Below are positions 28,617-38,797 of a stretch of 64,000 nucleotides of DNA, in pieces. Every line of letters begins with the position of its first letter. Position 1 is the first letter of the stretch. The DNA is from a virus. Its lineage: Duplodnaviria > Heunggongvirae > Uroviricota > Caudoviricetes. The stretch is from the IMG/VR virus record IMGVR_UViG_3300025011_000002; one strand, given 5' to 3'. Below the pieces are notes generated by a model, which saw nothing but the letters and a program-made list of their open reading frames with translations, was not told where the DNA came from and did no database searches. Position numbers and translations under genes: made by a program.

Positions 28617-28802
28617 TTAAATACTCGTATCTGCGCTTAATAAGCGTTCTCTGCCTCTATAAATAGAATCTAAAAATTCTACTGGATTATTTATACCTCT
28701 ATCATCTGGCATTCCTGCTAAAACACTATTTATTTCTGTTAATAAATCAGCAGATAAACCAATACATTGTTTTTTAAGGTCTCCTATAGTTCTTAATGGC
28801 AA
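28617..28802 (-). CDS. hypothetical small protein
   Basis: 61-aa ORF. Confidence 0.25.
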   Translation of the reverse strand: MPLRTIGDLKKQCIGLSADLLTEINSVLAGMPDDRGINNPVEFLDSIYRGRERLLSADTSI

Positions 28803-28843
28803 TCTATTTACAGTTAATGCTAATTTTAAAAACTCATAAGAAT

Positions 28844-29488
28844 TTATTTCATATCCTCTTGATAAATATTTTTAAGTCTTAATAAACTATTAATTGGAAA
28901 TTTTGTTTTTGGATTAAATACTAAAGATTTAGACATAATATCTGATAAAAAATTAGGATGAAAAATAAAATTTCCAATATTATCATTTTCTTCTGTAATT
29001 TCAAAAGGCAAAGCAGCCATATTAATAGAATAATCAAAGAAATCAAATATTTGTTCTGGAGTTCCAAATATTTTCATAGCTTGAAAAATTACACCACTTC
29101 TATTATATGTTACTGCTCTTTCAGTTTCTTTAATAACCGTAGCATAATTTTTCATTGTTTCATGAAAAGGTTTAAAATCTTCTTCTGTATAAAAATACAT
29201 ATCATAATCATTTATTGGTTGTTTTGTAAATACGCTTGTTATTGCTCCTCCTGCTATAAATCCTCTTAAAGAAGTTTTTCCATCAGGAAGTTTTTCAAAT
29301 ATAGTATCTGCTATAACATCTAATAAATCATTAAATTCAGATAATATTTCATCTTTTTGTTGCTTAAATTCATATGGTCTTTCAGATTGAGAAAGATAAG
29401 ATGAATATATTTCTTTCAATTCTTCTTCGCTTAATAATTCAAATGGTTTTGGTATTTCTCTTAAATCAGAAATATTAATTAATTCCAT
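28844..29488 (-). CDS. hypothetical protein with Pol-beta-like nucleotidyltransferase signature
   Basis: 'GFIAGGAITSVFTKQPINDYDMYF' fits the hG[GS]...DxD minimal NTase motif. Confidence 0.3.
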   Translation of the reverse strand: MELINISDLREIPKPFELLSEEELKEIYSSYLSQSERPYEFKQQKDEILSEFNDLLDVIADTIFEKLPDGKTSLRGFIAGGAITSVFTKQPINDYDMYFYTEEDFKPFHETMKNYATVIKETERAVTYNRSGVIFQAMKIFGTPEQIFDFFDYSINMAALPFEITEENDNIGNFIFHPNFLSDIMSKSLVFNPKTKFPINSLLRLKNIYQEDMK

Positions 29489-29554
29489 TATCTACTTGCT
29501 CCTTATTTAATTCATAAAAATATTATAACATATTATATAATAAATTACAATATT

Positions 29555-30055
29555 TTATTTTTCTTCAACATAATTAAATCTATACCCTTTATGTTGTTTA
29601 ATTTTATTTTGTAAACATCTAATTATACTTGTACTATCTAAGTCATGTTCTCTTGCAAATTTTCTCTGATTTATTTCAATATATTCTATATTTTCTGAAC
29701 TTACAGCTTTAAATAACTTTTGCGTTGGTAAAACTCTTCTATTATTTGACTGTTGAATTTTTGTAGCCCATTTACAATTTTTAGGATAATAATCTTTATT
29801 AACATCTATTCTATCAATACTTGTATCTTTTTCTCCATAATTATCTACATGTTCTAAATAACTTTTATACATATCGTCTCTAAAATTTTCAAAAGATTCA
29901 AGCCATTCTTTGCAAATACTTATGCCTCTTGCTCCGTAATCACAATAATTTATAGCTTTTTTATTATAACATCTTATCTTCATACTTTGCCATATTTTAT
30001 AAAATCTTGTATAAGACATATTATGAGTTACATTTATTTTATTATTTTTCATCAA
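29555..30055 (-). CDS. homing-endonuclease-like protein, paralog family member 4 (lacks N-terminal Cys cluster)
   Basis: 'YTRFYKIWQSMKIRC...YCDYGARGISICKEW', 'SIDRIDVNKDYYPKNCKWAT', 'FKAVSSENIEYIEINQRKFAREHDL'. Confidence 0.5.
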   Translation of the reverse strand: MMKNNKINVTHNMSYTRFYKIWQSMKIRCYNKKAINYCDYGARGISICKEWLESFENFRDDMYKSYLEHVDNYGEKDTSIDRIDVNKDYYPKNCKWATKIQQSNNRRVLPTQKLFKAVSSENIEYIEINQRKFAREHDLDSTSIIRCLQNKIKQHKGYRFNYVEEK

Positions 30056-31430
30056 CTCTATTCCCTAAAAATAATAAATCAACAGGCTCTCTTTTTTTTC
30101 TGCCTCTTATTTTGCTAAAAGTAATGTCAAATATATCTTTAAAATCTGCTCTTTCTAAAATTAAATCGTCATATATTGCAGCTCTATATATTAATAGGAC
30201 TACATCACAATTCTGTCTTATATCGCTTGCTCCTTTAAGAGAGAAAATATTAGGTCTATAATCAGTATTATCTTGTATAGAATTTGAAAACTGGTGTAAG
30301 GCAAGTACACATATATTTAAGTCTTTAGCTAATTTTTTTAAACCCTTATAGATATTTTTAATTCTTAAGAAATCATTTCCTTTTGCATCAGCATATTCTA
30401 AAATATCAGTATGGTCTATAACAACAAGTGCTAAATTATTATTTTGCATTTGACATCTTTTTGATTTAATAATAACATCTATTAAATCTGCCCCTGCCGT
30501 ATCATCTATTAATAGATTCATTTTATTTAAACGCATTAAGGCTTTATTTAATCTATCACAATATTCTTTTTTAGCATTCTCATCTATTTTATCATTATGA
30601 ATTAAATCTCTTTCTAAGAAATATAATCTTGGATTTTCTATATGTTCTGAATCAATACCAGATAAAATAGATAACGCTCTTTGTCTTAATTCTTCTGTAG
30701 ACATCTCTAAAGAATGATATAAAACACTTTTATCAGGGTATCTTTCGCATATATTTAAAGCCCATTGCAATGATATTAAAGATTTTCCTGCTCCAGAATC
30801 TCCAGTTAAATTAATTAATTGACCTTTTTGAAGTCCGTTTAATGCAAAATCAATTCTACTAAATCCTGTTTCTAAACCAGTTATTTCATGATTTGTTTTA
30901 TCAAATTTATTAAATAAATCAGTAAAGAAATCTTCTTTATTTATTTCTATTTTCTGTATTTTATTACTTTCAACTTCTAAATTATTTATTTTTAATACAG
31001 TATTATTAAATTCATCTAATAATTTTTCTGATGTTAAAGAATCTTTTTGGTCTATTATTTCTTGACAAGATGTAATAACAGACCTTTTAATAAACCTTTT
31101 TTTAACCTCTTCCGCATAGAATTTAGCATCAATTGAGGACTTTGCTAACTTTTTATAACTATATATATGTTCTTGAGGAGTAAAGGCATCCCATAGTTTA
31201 TTTTCTAATAAATGTGCTAAAATTATATCTTCACTAAATTTTACTTTATTTTGAAATAATTCTAACATTGCGTGATATATATTTCCAGTTAGTTTTGATT
31301 CAAACATATGTGGTTTTAGTATATCTGCAATATTTACAATTACATCTGGCTTATATAATATAGAACCTATTGCTATAGCTTCTACTACATCTGTTGATTG
31401 ATTTAAAATAAAATCTTCTCTTCTTGCCAC
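30042..31430 (-). CDS. dnaB: DnaB-like replicative DNA helicase
   Basis: Walker A 'LTGDSGAGKSLISLQWA', RecA-like C-terminal domain, N-terminal DnaB-like region. Confidence 0.7.
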   Translation of the reverse strand: MARREDFILNQSTDVVEAIAIGSILYKPDVIVNIADILKPHMFESKLTGNIYHAMLELFQNKVKFSEDIILAHLLENKLWDAFTPQEHIYSYKKLAKSSIDAKFYAEEVKKRFIKRSVITSCQEIIDQKDSLTSEKLLDEFNNTVLKINNLEVESNKIQKIEINKEDFFTDLFNKFDKTNHEITGLETGFSRIDFALNGLQKGQLINLTGDSGAGKSLISLQWALNICERYPDKSVLYHSLEMSTEELRQRALSILSGIDSEHIENPRLYFLERDLIHNDKIDENAKKEYCDRLNKALMRLNKMNLLIDDTAGADLIDVIIKSKRCQMQNNNLALVVIDHTDILEYADAKGNDFLRIKNIYKGLKKLAKDLNICVLALHQFSNSIQDNTDYRPNIFSLKGASDIRQNCDVVLLIYRAAIYDDLILERADFKDIFDITFSKIRGRKKREPVDLLFLGNRVDEK

Positions 31431-31514
31431 TTAATATCTCCTTACTATAATAAATATCAGGACAGTATGACTCTAAGGAGCAAAAGCCATACCGCCCAAT
31501 ATTTATCTATTTAA

Positions 31515-32333
31515 CTATTCTTTTGCATCAACTATTGTAGCACCGCCACCAATAACTTTTGCTCCTAATGGATAATGTCCATCCCATTTATCTATTTCAT
31601 TAAGTCTTAAAACTGATGGTGACTTAGCAATAGCTTGCGCTTTTATTGTTAATGCTCTTGCTTCTCCTTCTGCTTTTGCAATAGAAGATTGCGCATCTAC
31701 TCTAGCTTGTTGTAAAACATATTCTGCTTTTTGAGCATTTTGTTGAGCAACTTGTTTTTCTTTTATAGCTGTTTCATATTGGTCATCAAAATCTACATTT
31801 GTAATAGGAATATCAATTACTTTAATAGCAGGTTTTTTTGTTTGGTCATTAACTACCGCTAATTTTGCAGCTTCCACTACTTCTTTTCTAATTTTTTCTC
31901 TATTAGTAACAAATTCGCTTGCTGTATATTTTCCAGCTACAGCCTTAAAAGTGTCCATTATTTTAGATTGAGCAAAATTAGCATATGGTTGTGAATTATA
32001 TGTTATTACAGTATTAGCAATATCATCTAAAGGATATGTAGCTATAACATTAAATTTTACATCAATAGGCTGATTATCTTTTGTATATGCTAATGCTTCT
32101 TCATTGATAGTCCATGGCTTAACATCTACATTAATAACAGAATCAATAAATGGTGTTCTAAAGTGCATACCTTCATTAATAACTTCTTGTTTTACAACAC
32201 CAAGGCTTTTAACTACAGCTTTTTCTCCAGATTGTACAAAATAAACAGGGTTTAATGTTATAGCTGCAACAACTATCGCTATTACTGCTATTATACCTAC
32301 TACTTCTCCTTCGCCTTTTCTTTTTTTAAACAT
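31515..32333 (-). CDS. SPFH/band-7 (prohibitin/HflKC-like) membrane protein
   Basis: Start moved to internal 'MFKKRKGEGE' followed by TM helix 'VVGIIAVIAIVVAAI'. 'AKAEGEARALTIKAQAIAKSP' and 'IDKWDGHYP' are prohibitin-family-like. Confidence 0.55.
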   Translation of the reverse strand: MFKKRKGEGEVVGIIAVIAIVVAAITLNPVYFVQSGEKAVVKSLGVVKQEVINEGMHFRTPFIDSVINVDVKPWTINEEALAYTKDNQPIDVKFNVIATYPLDDIANTVITYNSQPYANFAQSKIMDTFKAVAGKYTASEFVTNREKIRKEVVEAAKLAVVNDQTKKPAIKVIDIPITNVDFDDQYETAIKEKQVAQQNAQKAEYVLQQARVDAQSSIAKAEGEARALTIKAQAIAKSPSVLRLNEIDKWDGHYPLGAKVIGGGATIVDAKE

Positions 32334-32352
32334 AATTTTACCTCTTTCTAAT

Positions 32353-32742
32353 TTATTTATTATTACAAACAACTTGTTTAAATTCTTCAACCGTTGCCAT
32401 ATCGCAATGACTTTTATTTTGCTTAAGAAATCCTGTTGCACCTGTGATTGTTCCATCTTCATTAAAATTATTACATAATCCTTTTAACTCTGATGTTGTT
32501 AAAAATACAAGTTCATGATTATCGTCTTCAATAAAAGCAGAATACCAATATGAACCACCTTCTTCATTTTTTGTAGATACATCTTCAAGTTGAGTAGAAC
32601 TTGAACCTTGTGTTACATAAACAATTCTTTCTGTTGATGAAGGAGTGTTTATATGTTCTTCTTTATTTTTTGGTAGAAATATAATCAAACCTATAATTAA
32701 GGCTATTATTATTATTAAATAATCAGTTTTACTTATTTTCAT
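32353..32742 (-). CDS. membrane-anchored hypothetical protein
   Basis: N-terminal TM 'YLIIIIALIIGLIIF'. Confidence 0.35.
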   Translation of the reverse strand: MKISKTDYLIIIIALIIGLIIFLPKNKEEHINTPSSTERIVYVTQGSSSTQLEDVSTKNEEGGSYWYSAFIEDDNHELVFLTTSELKGLCNNFNEDGTITGATGFLKQNKSHCDMATVEEFKQVVCNNK

Positions 32743-32753
32743 TTTAACCTCAT

Positions 32754-33353
32754 TTAAATATTAACAAAATATTTTTTGTTAAATATTTTAATAAATTCTT
32801 TCGCTTTTAAAGCTATTACTGAAAATGGGTCAAGTGTTTGTTTTGATTTAACAACTTCCATTTGCTCTTTTATTAATTTAGAGAAATCAGAATTATCTTC
32901 TAAAAAGAATCTCATTGCTAAACCTGTAAAGAATACATCTGTTTTTAGATATTCATTTAATTGACTTTGAGCTTCTTCTGGAGATACTTCAATCCTACTA
33001 TCATCTTTTATATATTTCATTGTATTAAATATATTAGATAATATTTTAGATTGACTTGGTTTTGATTCAGCAGCCATTTCTAATTTATACCAATCTCCTT
33101 GTTTAAATAAGATGACTGTATCTCCTACTGTTTTTGTAAAAAATAGGAATTTAAATTTATCTTCTCCATAAACTTCTATTGGCGTTAATCCATCCAACAT
33201 ATCTTCTGTTACAATTCTAACTACTGGATTACCATTAGATGTTAAATCAAAAACAATTGATTTAATTGTTTTTTCATTAGGATTTACTACTACTTTTTCT
33301 TCAACTACTGTTGTTGTTTCTACAACTTCTTTATCTTTTTCTTTTTTCGACAT
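32754..33353 (-). CDS. acidic hypothetical protein
   Basis: 199-aa ORF. Confidence 0.35.
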   Translation of the reverse strand: MSKKEKDKEVVETTTVVEEKVVVNPNEKTIKSIVFDLTSNGNPVVRIVTEDMLDGLTPIEVYGEDKFKFLFFTKTVGDTVILFKQGDWYKLEMAAESKPSQSKILSNIFNTMKYIKDDSRIEVSPEEAQSQLNEYLKTDVFFTGLAMRFFLEDNSDFSKLIKEQMEVVKSKQTLDPFSVIALKAKEFIKIFNKKYFVNI

Positions 33354-33443
33354 TATTTATATTATCTCCTTAACTTAAAAAGTTGGTAGCTTACCTACCA
33401 GCACTTAGTTTTAAAGCTATGAAACTAAGAAAACTAATATTTA

Positions 33444-34520
33444 TTATTCTGTAAACTCTTCTTCGCTTTCTGCCAACATAGCATCAATATCAGAGAATAC
33501 TGTTTCATCTACTACTGCTTCTTCTTTTTTAGTTTTAGCAGTTGATGTTTTTTTAGATTTTTTATCAGAAGCTATTTCTTCTTTAACTTCTTCTTTTTTC
33601 TCTACTTCAACATCTGTATTAATTTCTGTTTTTTTAGATTTAGGTAATTCTTGAACATTACCTTTGAATTTAGAAAAATCTAATCCATCTCCATCATCTT
33701 CTATATCCAAACCAGAAATATCAATTGTTTTAGGCGGAGTATAATTAGAAGTTGATGTAAATTTCTTATTTCTATCTACAATTTCAACTCCCAAAAGTTT
33801 AAGTTTAAGATAAACTGTGTTTTTATTATTTACTCCTTGAGTTGGAATAATTTTAAAACTTATATTTACTAAATCATTAAACGAAGCATATAGGGGTTTT
33901 TCTAAGCCGTCTTTTGAAGATGTAAATGTTGAAACATATTGACCATCTTTTTGTTCAACAATTGGAGGTAATACAAATTTTCTATCATCAAAATAAAATT
34001 GATTTGGAGTTAAACAATTTTCAATTAACTCATTTGCATCATCTTCTAATCCTAAATCTTTAAGATGTTTAATTTCTTGCATTAAAGCTTTACTATGACC
34101 ATTTTTTTGAACTAAAAGGTCTGTAATTTCTTCTGCTTTTTTAGAATCTCCTGCTTCTTCATATTTTTTAGCAATTTCTTCTAAAGCACTTACTGTTTTC
34201 TTTTCTGAAAGATTTTTAAACATAAATTCAAGTTCAGCATATCCTTTTGAATTTCCAGTTTTATCTTCTGGATATTTTAAAGGACTTGGAACAACAACTT
34301 TTCTTCTGTTTTCGCCTTTTGCAAAAGAAGCTACAACATATTCAGAAATAGTATCAAACTTATTAGTCAACATACTTTCTTGTTCTGAATCAAATTCAAC
34401 TCTAAAAGAGGCTTTCCTTCCGAATCTAACATCTCTAAGTGGTCCTGTTGCATTGTAATTTACAACTCTAACATTTTTTAATGTTACTTCATCTCTTTTT
34501 TCTGACATTTTCTTCTCCAT
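33444..34520 (-). CDS. hypothetical protein with K/E-rich linker and acidic C-terminal tail (SSB-like organisation, speculative)
   Basis: C-terminal '...KKSKKTSTAKTKKEEAVVDETVFSDIDAMLAESEEEFTE'. First gene leftward of the putative origin. Confidence 0.3.
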   Translation of the reverse strand: MEKKMSEKRDEVTLKNVRVVNYNATGPLRDVRFGRKASFRVEFDSEQESMLTNKFDTISEYVVASFAKGENRRKVVVPSPLKYPEDKTGNSKGYAELEFMFKNLSEKKTVSALEEIAKKYEEAGDSKKAEEITDLLVQKNGHSKALMQEIKHLKDLGLEDDANELIENCLTPNQFYFDDRKFVLPPIVEQKDGQYVSTFTSSKDGLEKPLYASFNDLVNISFKIIPTQGVNNKNTVYLKLKLLGVEIVDRNKKFTSTSNYTPPKTIDISGLDIEDDGDGLDFSKFKGNVQELPKSKKTEINTDVEVEKKEEVKEEIASDKKSKKTSTAKTKKEEAVVDETVFSDIDAMLAESEEEFTE

Positions 34521-34681
34521 ACTTATTTTTTAAACATCCGATTTTAATCGGTAATATTATTATAACATCTTATTAAAAAAAGTCAATATATTTTTTTATT
34601 TTATTCGTCAGCAACTAAATGTATTTATACTTGTAATTTTATTATATAATATAATTTAAATCAAGTAAAGGTATATTTTGT

Positions 34682-34818
34682 ATTTATTTAAAAAGTTCTA
34701 TATTTTTAATATAAATATTTAGAACCTTGTAAATATTTTATTTCTTGTAGATATTTATTACTTGTATTTATTTAAATAAATAGAACTTATATAAAATAAT
34801 AGAACTTTTTAAATAAAT
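34682..34818. promoter_or_regulatory. origin/divergent-promoter candidate: perfect 20-bp inverted repeat flanking three iteron-like direct repeats
   Basis: 'atttatttaaaaagttctat' (34682-34701) is the exact reverse complement of 'atagaactttttaaataaat' (34799-34818). Between them lie three tandem ~17-bp CTTGTA-led repeats (34726-34776) and AAATAnnTAGAAC repeats. The region sits at the minus/plus strand switch. Confidence 0.45.
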
Positions 34819-34957
34819 CTATATTTTAAATTAATGAGTATTTTATTTTATATCATATTTTAAAATATGTCAACCCAATAATTAAAAAAAAATAACATCT
34901 TGTAAATTATATAAAATTATGGTATTATATTCCTATAACAGTTAAAAAGGTGAGAAA

Positions 34958-35545
34958 ATGATTAAAGTAATAGTTGGTTCAATGAGGTCAGGAAAATCAA
35001 AAGCAATAATTCGTATTATAAACGAAAAAATTGCAGAAGGAAAGAGTGTAAAAGTTTTTTATCCTATCTGTGCTAGTAAAGAGGATAATTATATCGTTAG
35101 TAGGTCTGGATTAAAACATAAGGCAATTCCAGTTATTGACCCAATATCTATTTTTAGTCATATAGGAAATTCAGATTTAATTGTTATTGACGAGATAAGT
35201 TTTATAAATAATATGGATTCTTCTTTAGATGATGATTTTTTAAATCTTTTAGATTATTGTGTATCTAAGGATATTGATGTTGTTTTAGCAGGATTAGATT
35301 TAGATTATAGAGGACAATCTTTCCCATTAGTTAATAAAATTTTAGCATACGCAGATGAAGTAGAAAAACCATTATCTTTATGTGATAATTGTGGAAATAA
35401 TAATGGTAGACGTACCATTAAAAAAGTTGATGATTTGTTAGCAGATATTAAATTAGAATGTGAGAATGTTTTAGAATTAGAAGAAGGAGATGTTCAATAT
35501 ATGTCTGTTTGTGTTAAATGTTATAATAAAATGTATGGTCGTTAA
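34958..35545 (+). CDS. tdk: thymidine kinase
   Basis: P-loop 'VGSMRSGKSKAII'; C-terminal zinc ribbon 'CDNCG...CVKCY'. Confidence 0.8.
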   Translation: MIKVIVGSMRSGKSKAIIRIINEKIAEGKSVKVFYPICASKEDNYIVSRSGLKHKAIPVIDPISIFSHIGNSDLIVIDEISFINNMDSSLDDDFLNLLDYCVSKDIDVVLAGLDLDYRGQSFPLVNKILAYADEVEKPLSLCDNCGNNNGRRTIKKVDDLLADIKLECENVLELEEGDVQYMSVCVKCYNKMYGR

Positions 35546-35547
35546 TT

Positions 35548-36006
35548 ATGACGGATAAAGAAATAAATAAATTTAATCAGCATAATGAAGAAATATATAA
35601 AAAATTATTATATATTAATAAAGATAATCTTTATCTTGTTGAAAATCTTTGTAAATATGATTTCTTTTACGAATATAAAAAAAATAATTATATTTTAGAT
35701 GCGAATGTTTCTTTTATGTCTATGAGTGATTTACAATTAACATTGGATGATTCTATCTATGTTTTACAAGATTTAGAAGATATATATAATTATAATTTTA
35801 TAAATTTTCAAGACTTGGAAGAAATAATTAGAAAAGATAGTTATTTTGAAACTTCAATGGTAGATTCATTATTATATGCAAGTGTTGTTGAAGAGTATCA
35901 TATTACTTGTAGTGTGAGTGAATTAGTTATAGAAATAATGGATATAGCAAGAGTATATCATAATACAATTAATAAAATAATAGATGTTAGAAATAGATGT
36001 AAATAA
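35548..36006 (+). CDS. hypothetical protein
   Basis: 152-aa ORF. Confidence 0.35.
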   Translation: MTDKEINKFNQHNEEIYKKLLYINKDNLYLVENLCKYDFFYEYKKNNYILDANVSFMSMSDLQLTLDDSIYVLQDLEDIYNYNFINFQDLEEIIRKDSYFETSMVDSLLYASVVEEYHITCSVSELVIEIMDIARVYHNTINKIIDVRNRCK

Positions 36007-36019
36007 ATGGAAGATAAAA

Positions 36020-38797
36020 ATGATAAGTAAAGAAGATGTTCTAAAATTAAAAAAAGCTATAGATATAATTCCATTTTATGAAAGATATTTAAAATTAAAA
36101 AGAATAGGTTCATCTTATTTTGCAAGATGTCCATTTGGAAAACATACAGATTCGACACCAAGTTTTTCTATTTTACCAGAAAAAAATGGTATATTTAAAT
36201 GCTTTGGATGTTTGCCAGAATATCAAGAAGTAAGAACGGAAAATGGAATTAAAAAAATAAAAGATATTGTTATTGGAGAAAACATCTATACTTTAGATGG
36301 AAATTTAACAAAAATAATAAATAAAAAAAATCATAAATCTGAATATAATATTATAAAAATTAAAACAGCTAATTCTTATGAATATTCTTATTATACAGCC
36401 AATCATAACATGTTTTATATTTCAAAAGAACAAGCCGTAAATTCTTTACCTTTTTTAAGAAATGAAAATGATAGAGACAATTTAAAGTTTTATAAAAGAA
36501 TGAAAAAAAGAGATGATAAATATAAATTAAATATTGAACAAGGATTTGCTGAAAATATTAAATATGAAGACTATTTTATATACCCATCTACAAGAGAAGA
36601 ATTAAAAAAAGATGGTATTTCTTTTAAAAATTTAAAAACAAAAGATATAAAAGAAATACCATTAAATGAAGATATTATGTGGTTATTTGGGTTATATATT
36701 GCAGAAGGAAGCGTATATAGAGGTGGTGTTAAATGGTCTTTACATATAAAAGAGATTGACTATGCTCTTAGAATTAAAGATATATTAAAAAAATATTTAA
36801 ATTTAGAAGCATCAATATATAAATATGACAATAAGCCTAATTCTTTAGAAATTGGATGCTCTAAAACAGATTTAGAATTAATTTTCTCTAATTTATTCGG
36901 CAATGGCTCAATAAATAAAAAATATCCATATTATTTTAATTATTTATCTTTAAATCTAAGAGCATCTTTATTTAAAGGAATGTTTGATGGAGATGGATGT
37001 TATTCTAATAATAAATATACTACTATTAGCCCAATATTAAAAGATTTATTTTTTGACTTAAGTATAAGTTTAAATAAGATACCTAGTATTTATTCTTATA
37101 CTAATGAGAATAAACAAACATCATATCTTATTTATATTAAAAATAGAGAATCAGTAAAATCATTTTTTTATTATATTAATGAAATAAAATATTTATTTTT
37201 ACAAATAACCGATATTAATAAAATAGATAAATGTAATAATGATGTTTATGATATAACTGTATCTCACTATTCTCATTCATTTTTATCAAAATATTTTATT
37301 GTTGGAAATTGTGGAACAAGCGGAGATGTAATATCTTTTTATCAAAGAATAGAAAATCTTTCATTCTTTGATGCAGTAATACAACTTGCAAAAGATTATA
37401 ATGTTGAAATAAAAATAAATAAAGAATTAAAACAAGAATATGCTAAAAAGAATTTATTATATAAATTTAATAAACATGTTTTAGATATTTACAGAAATAA
37501 TTTAAGATATAATACTTCTGCGTTAAAATATCTCATAGAGGAGAGAAAAATATCTTTAGATATGATTAAATCATTTAAGATAGGAACAACCCTTAATGAC
37601 GACTTACATATCGTATTATTTAAATATAAAAGTATTCTTGAAGAATTAAAATTAATTACAGAAAAAAATAATGACCATTTTAGAAATAATAGAATTATGT
37701 TCCCTTATTTGGATGAAAAATTTAATATATCTGGATTTAATTCAAGAGCTATTAATGAAGATAATATAAAATATTTAACATCTAAAACATCACCTATATT
37801 TGATAAAAATAGGGCTTTATATGGCATACACTTAGCTTTAAAAGAAATAATGGAAAGAGCTGCTGTTATTTTAGTTGAAGGTCAATTTGATTGTATAAGA
37901 TGTCATCAAGAAGGTATCAAAAATTGTGTTGCTGCATCTGGACTTGCTTTATCAGAAGAACAAGTAAAATTTTTAAATAAATATGTTAAAACATATTTTA
38001 TTTGTTTTGATAATGATGAAGCAGGGAATGAACAATTAGAAGCAACATATATTCAAATAAATAAAATTAATCCATATGCAAGGGTTAGAATTATAGAATT
38101 ACCTAAGCCTATAGGTAAGAAAAAAATGGATTTGGATGAGTATTTATTAAATAATGATAAGTCTGAATTTCTTAAAATTGCATTAGCATCTAAAAATTAT
38201 AATGAATATTTTATAGAGAAAGTATTAAAAGATGTTAATTATAAGACAATTGAAGAAAAGAAAAAATATGTTTATATCTTAAAAGATAGATTACTTAGTA
38301 TAAGTTCTATTATTGATAGAAATCAATATATCTCTATGGTAGCTAATAAGTTAGAAATACCAGAAATTGATATACATAATATTTTAAAAAATAAAGAAAA
38401 ATATGATAATAAACAGAAAAATTCTGATAAAATTAAAAAAATAGAAAAAAGAAATATATCTGCTCAAAAATATCTTATTTCTTTATTATTTTCAGAACAT
38501 AATCCTTACGATATATTAAAAATATTTGAAGAATTAGATATATATAAGCATTTTGAACCAATGTATTATAATATTTTTAAATATATTGAAAAACAATGGT
38601 TGCAATCTAATGGGATAGATGATATAATAGATAATGTAACAATGAATTTTAAATCAGATGAATCAAAACAAGCGGTTATAGATATTCTATTTAAATCAAA
38701 TGAATTAAATTATTATGATAATGATGAAATAAAAATATTTATAGAAGACCAAATAAGTACATTAGAAGAGTCTGAAGAAGAGAAAGAACATGAGTAA
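36020..38797 (+). CDS. dnaG: DnaG-type DNA primase interrupted by an intein
   Basis: CHC2 zinc finger 'CPFGKHTDSTPSFSI...FKCFGC', resumed after the insertion by 'GTSGDVISFYQ...LSFFDAVIQLA'. TOPRIM 'ILVEGQFDCIRCHQEG' and 'FICFDNDEAGNEQ'. Start taken at MISKEDV to avoid overlap with the upstream ORF. Confidence 0.8.
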   Translation: MISKEDVLKLKKAIDIIPFYERYLKLKRIGSSYFARCPFGKHTDSTPSFSILPEKNGIFKCFGCLPEYQEVRTENGIKKIKDIVIGENIYTLDGNLTKIINKKNHKSEYNIIKIKTANSYEYSYYTANHNMFYISKEQAVNSLPFLRNENDRDNLKFYKRMKKRDDKYKLNIEQGFAENIKYEDYFIYPSTREELKKDGISFKNLKTKDIKEIPLNEDIMWLFGLYIAEGSVYRGGVKWSLHIKEIDYALRIKDILKKYLNLEASIYKYDNKPNSLEIGCSKTDLELIFSNLFGNGSINKKYPYYFNYLSLNLRASLFKGMFDGDGCYSNNKYTTISPILKDLFFDLSISLNKIPSIYSYTNENKQTSYLIYIKNRESVKSFFYYINEIKYLFLQITDINKIDKCNNDVYDITVSHYSHSFLSKYFIVGNCGTSGDVISFYQRIENLSFFDAVIQLAKDYNVEIKINKELKQEYAKKNLLYKFNKHVLDIYRNNLRYNTSALKYLIEERKISLDMIKSFKIGTTLNDDLHIVLFKYKSILEELKLITEKNNDHFRNNRIMFPYLDEKFNISGFNSRAINEDNIKYLTSKTSPIFDKNRALYGIHLALKEIMERAAVILVEGQFDCIRCHQEGIKNCVAASGLALSEEQVKFLNKYVKTYFICFDNDEAGNEQLEATYIQINKINPYARVRIIELPKPIGKKKMDLDEYLLNNDKSEFLKIALASKNYNEYFIEKVLKDVNYKTIEEKKKYVYILKDRLLSISSIIDRNQYISMVANKLEIPEIDIHNILKNKEKYDNKQKNSDKIKKIEKRNISAQKYLISLLFSEHNPYDILKIFEELDIYKHFEPMYYNIFKYIEKQWLQSNGIDDIIDNVTMNFKSDESKQAVIDILFKSNELNYYDNDEIKIFIEDQISTLEESEEEKEHE
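36209..37309 (+). mobile_element. intein with LAGLIDADG homing endonuclease inside dnaG
   Basis: 367-aa in-frame insertion between 'FKCFG' and 'CGTSGDV'. Starts 'CLPEYQEV', block B 'TANHNMF', LAGLIDADG motifs 'LFGLYIAEGS' and 'FKGMFDGDGC', ends '...FIVGN' with +1 Cys. Flanking exteins rejoin to the canonical CFGCGxxGDVI primase motif. Confidence 0.7.
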
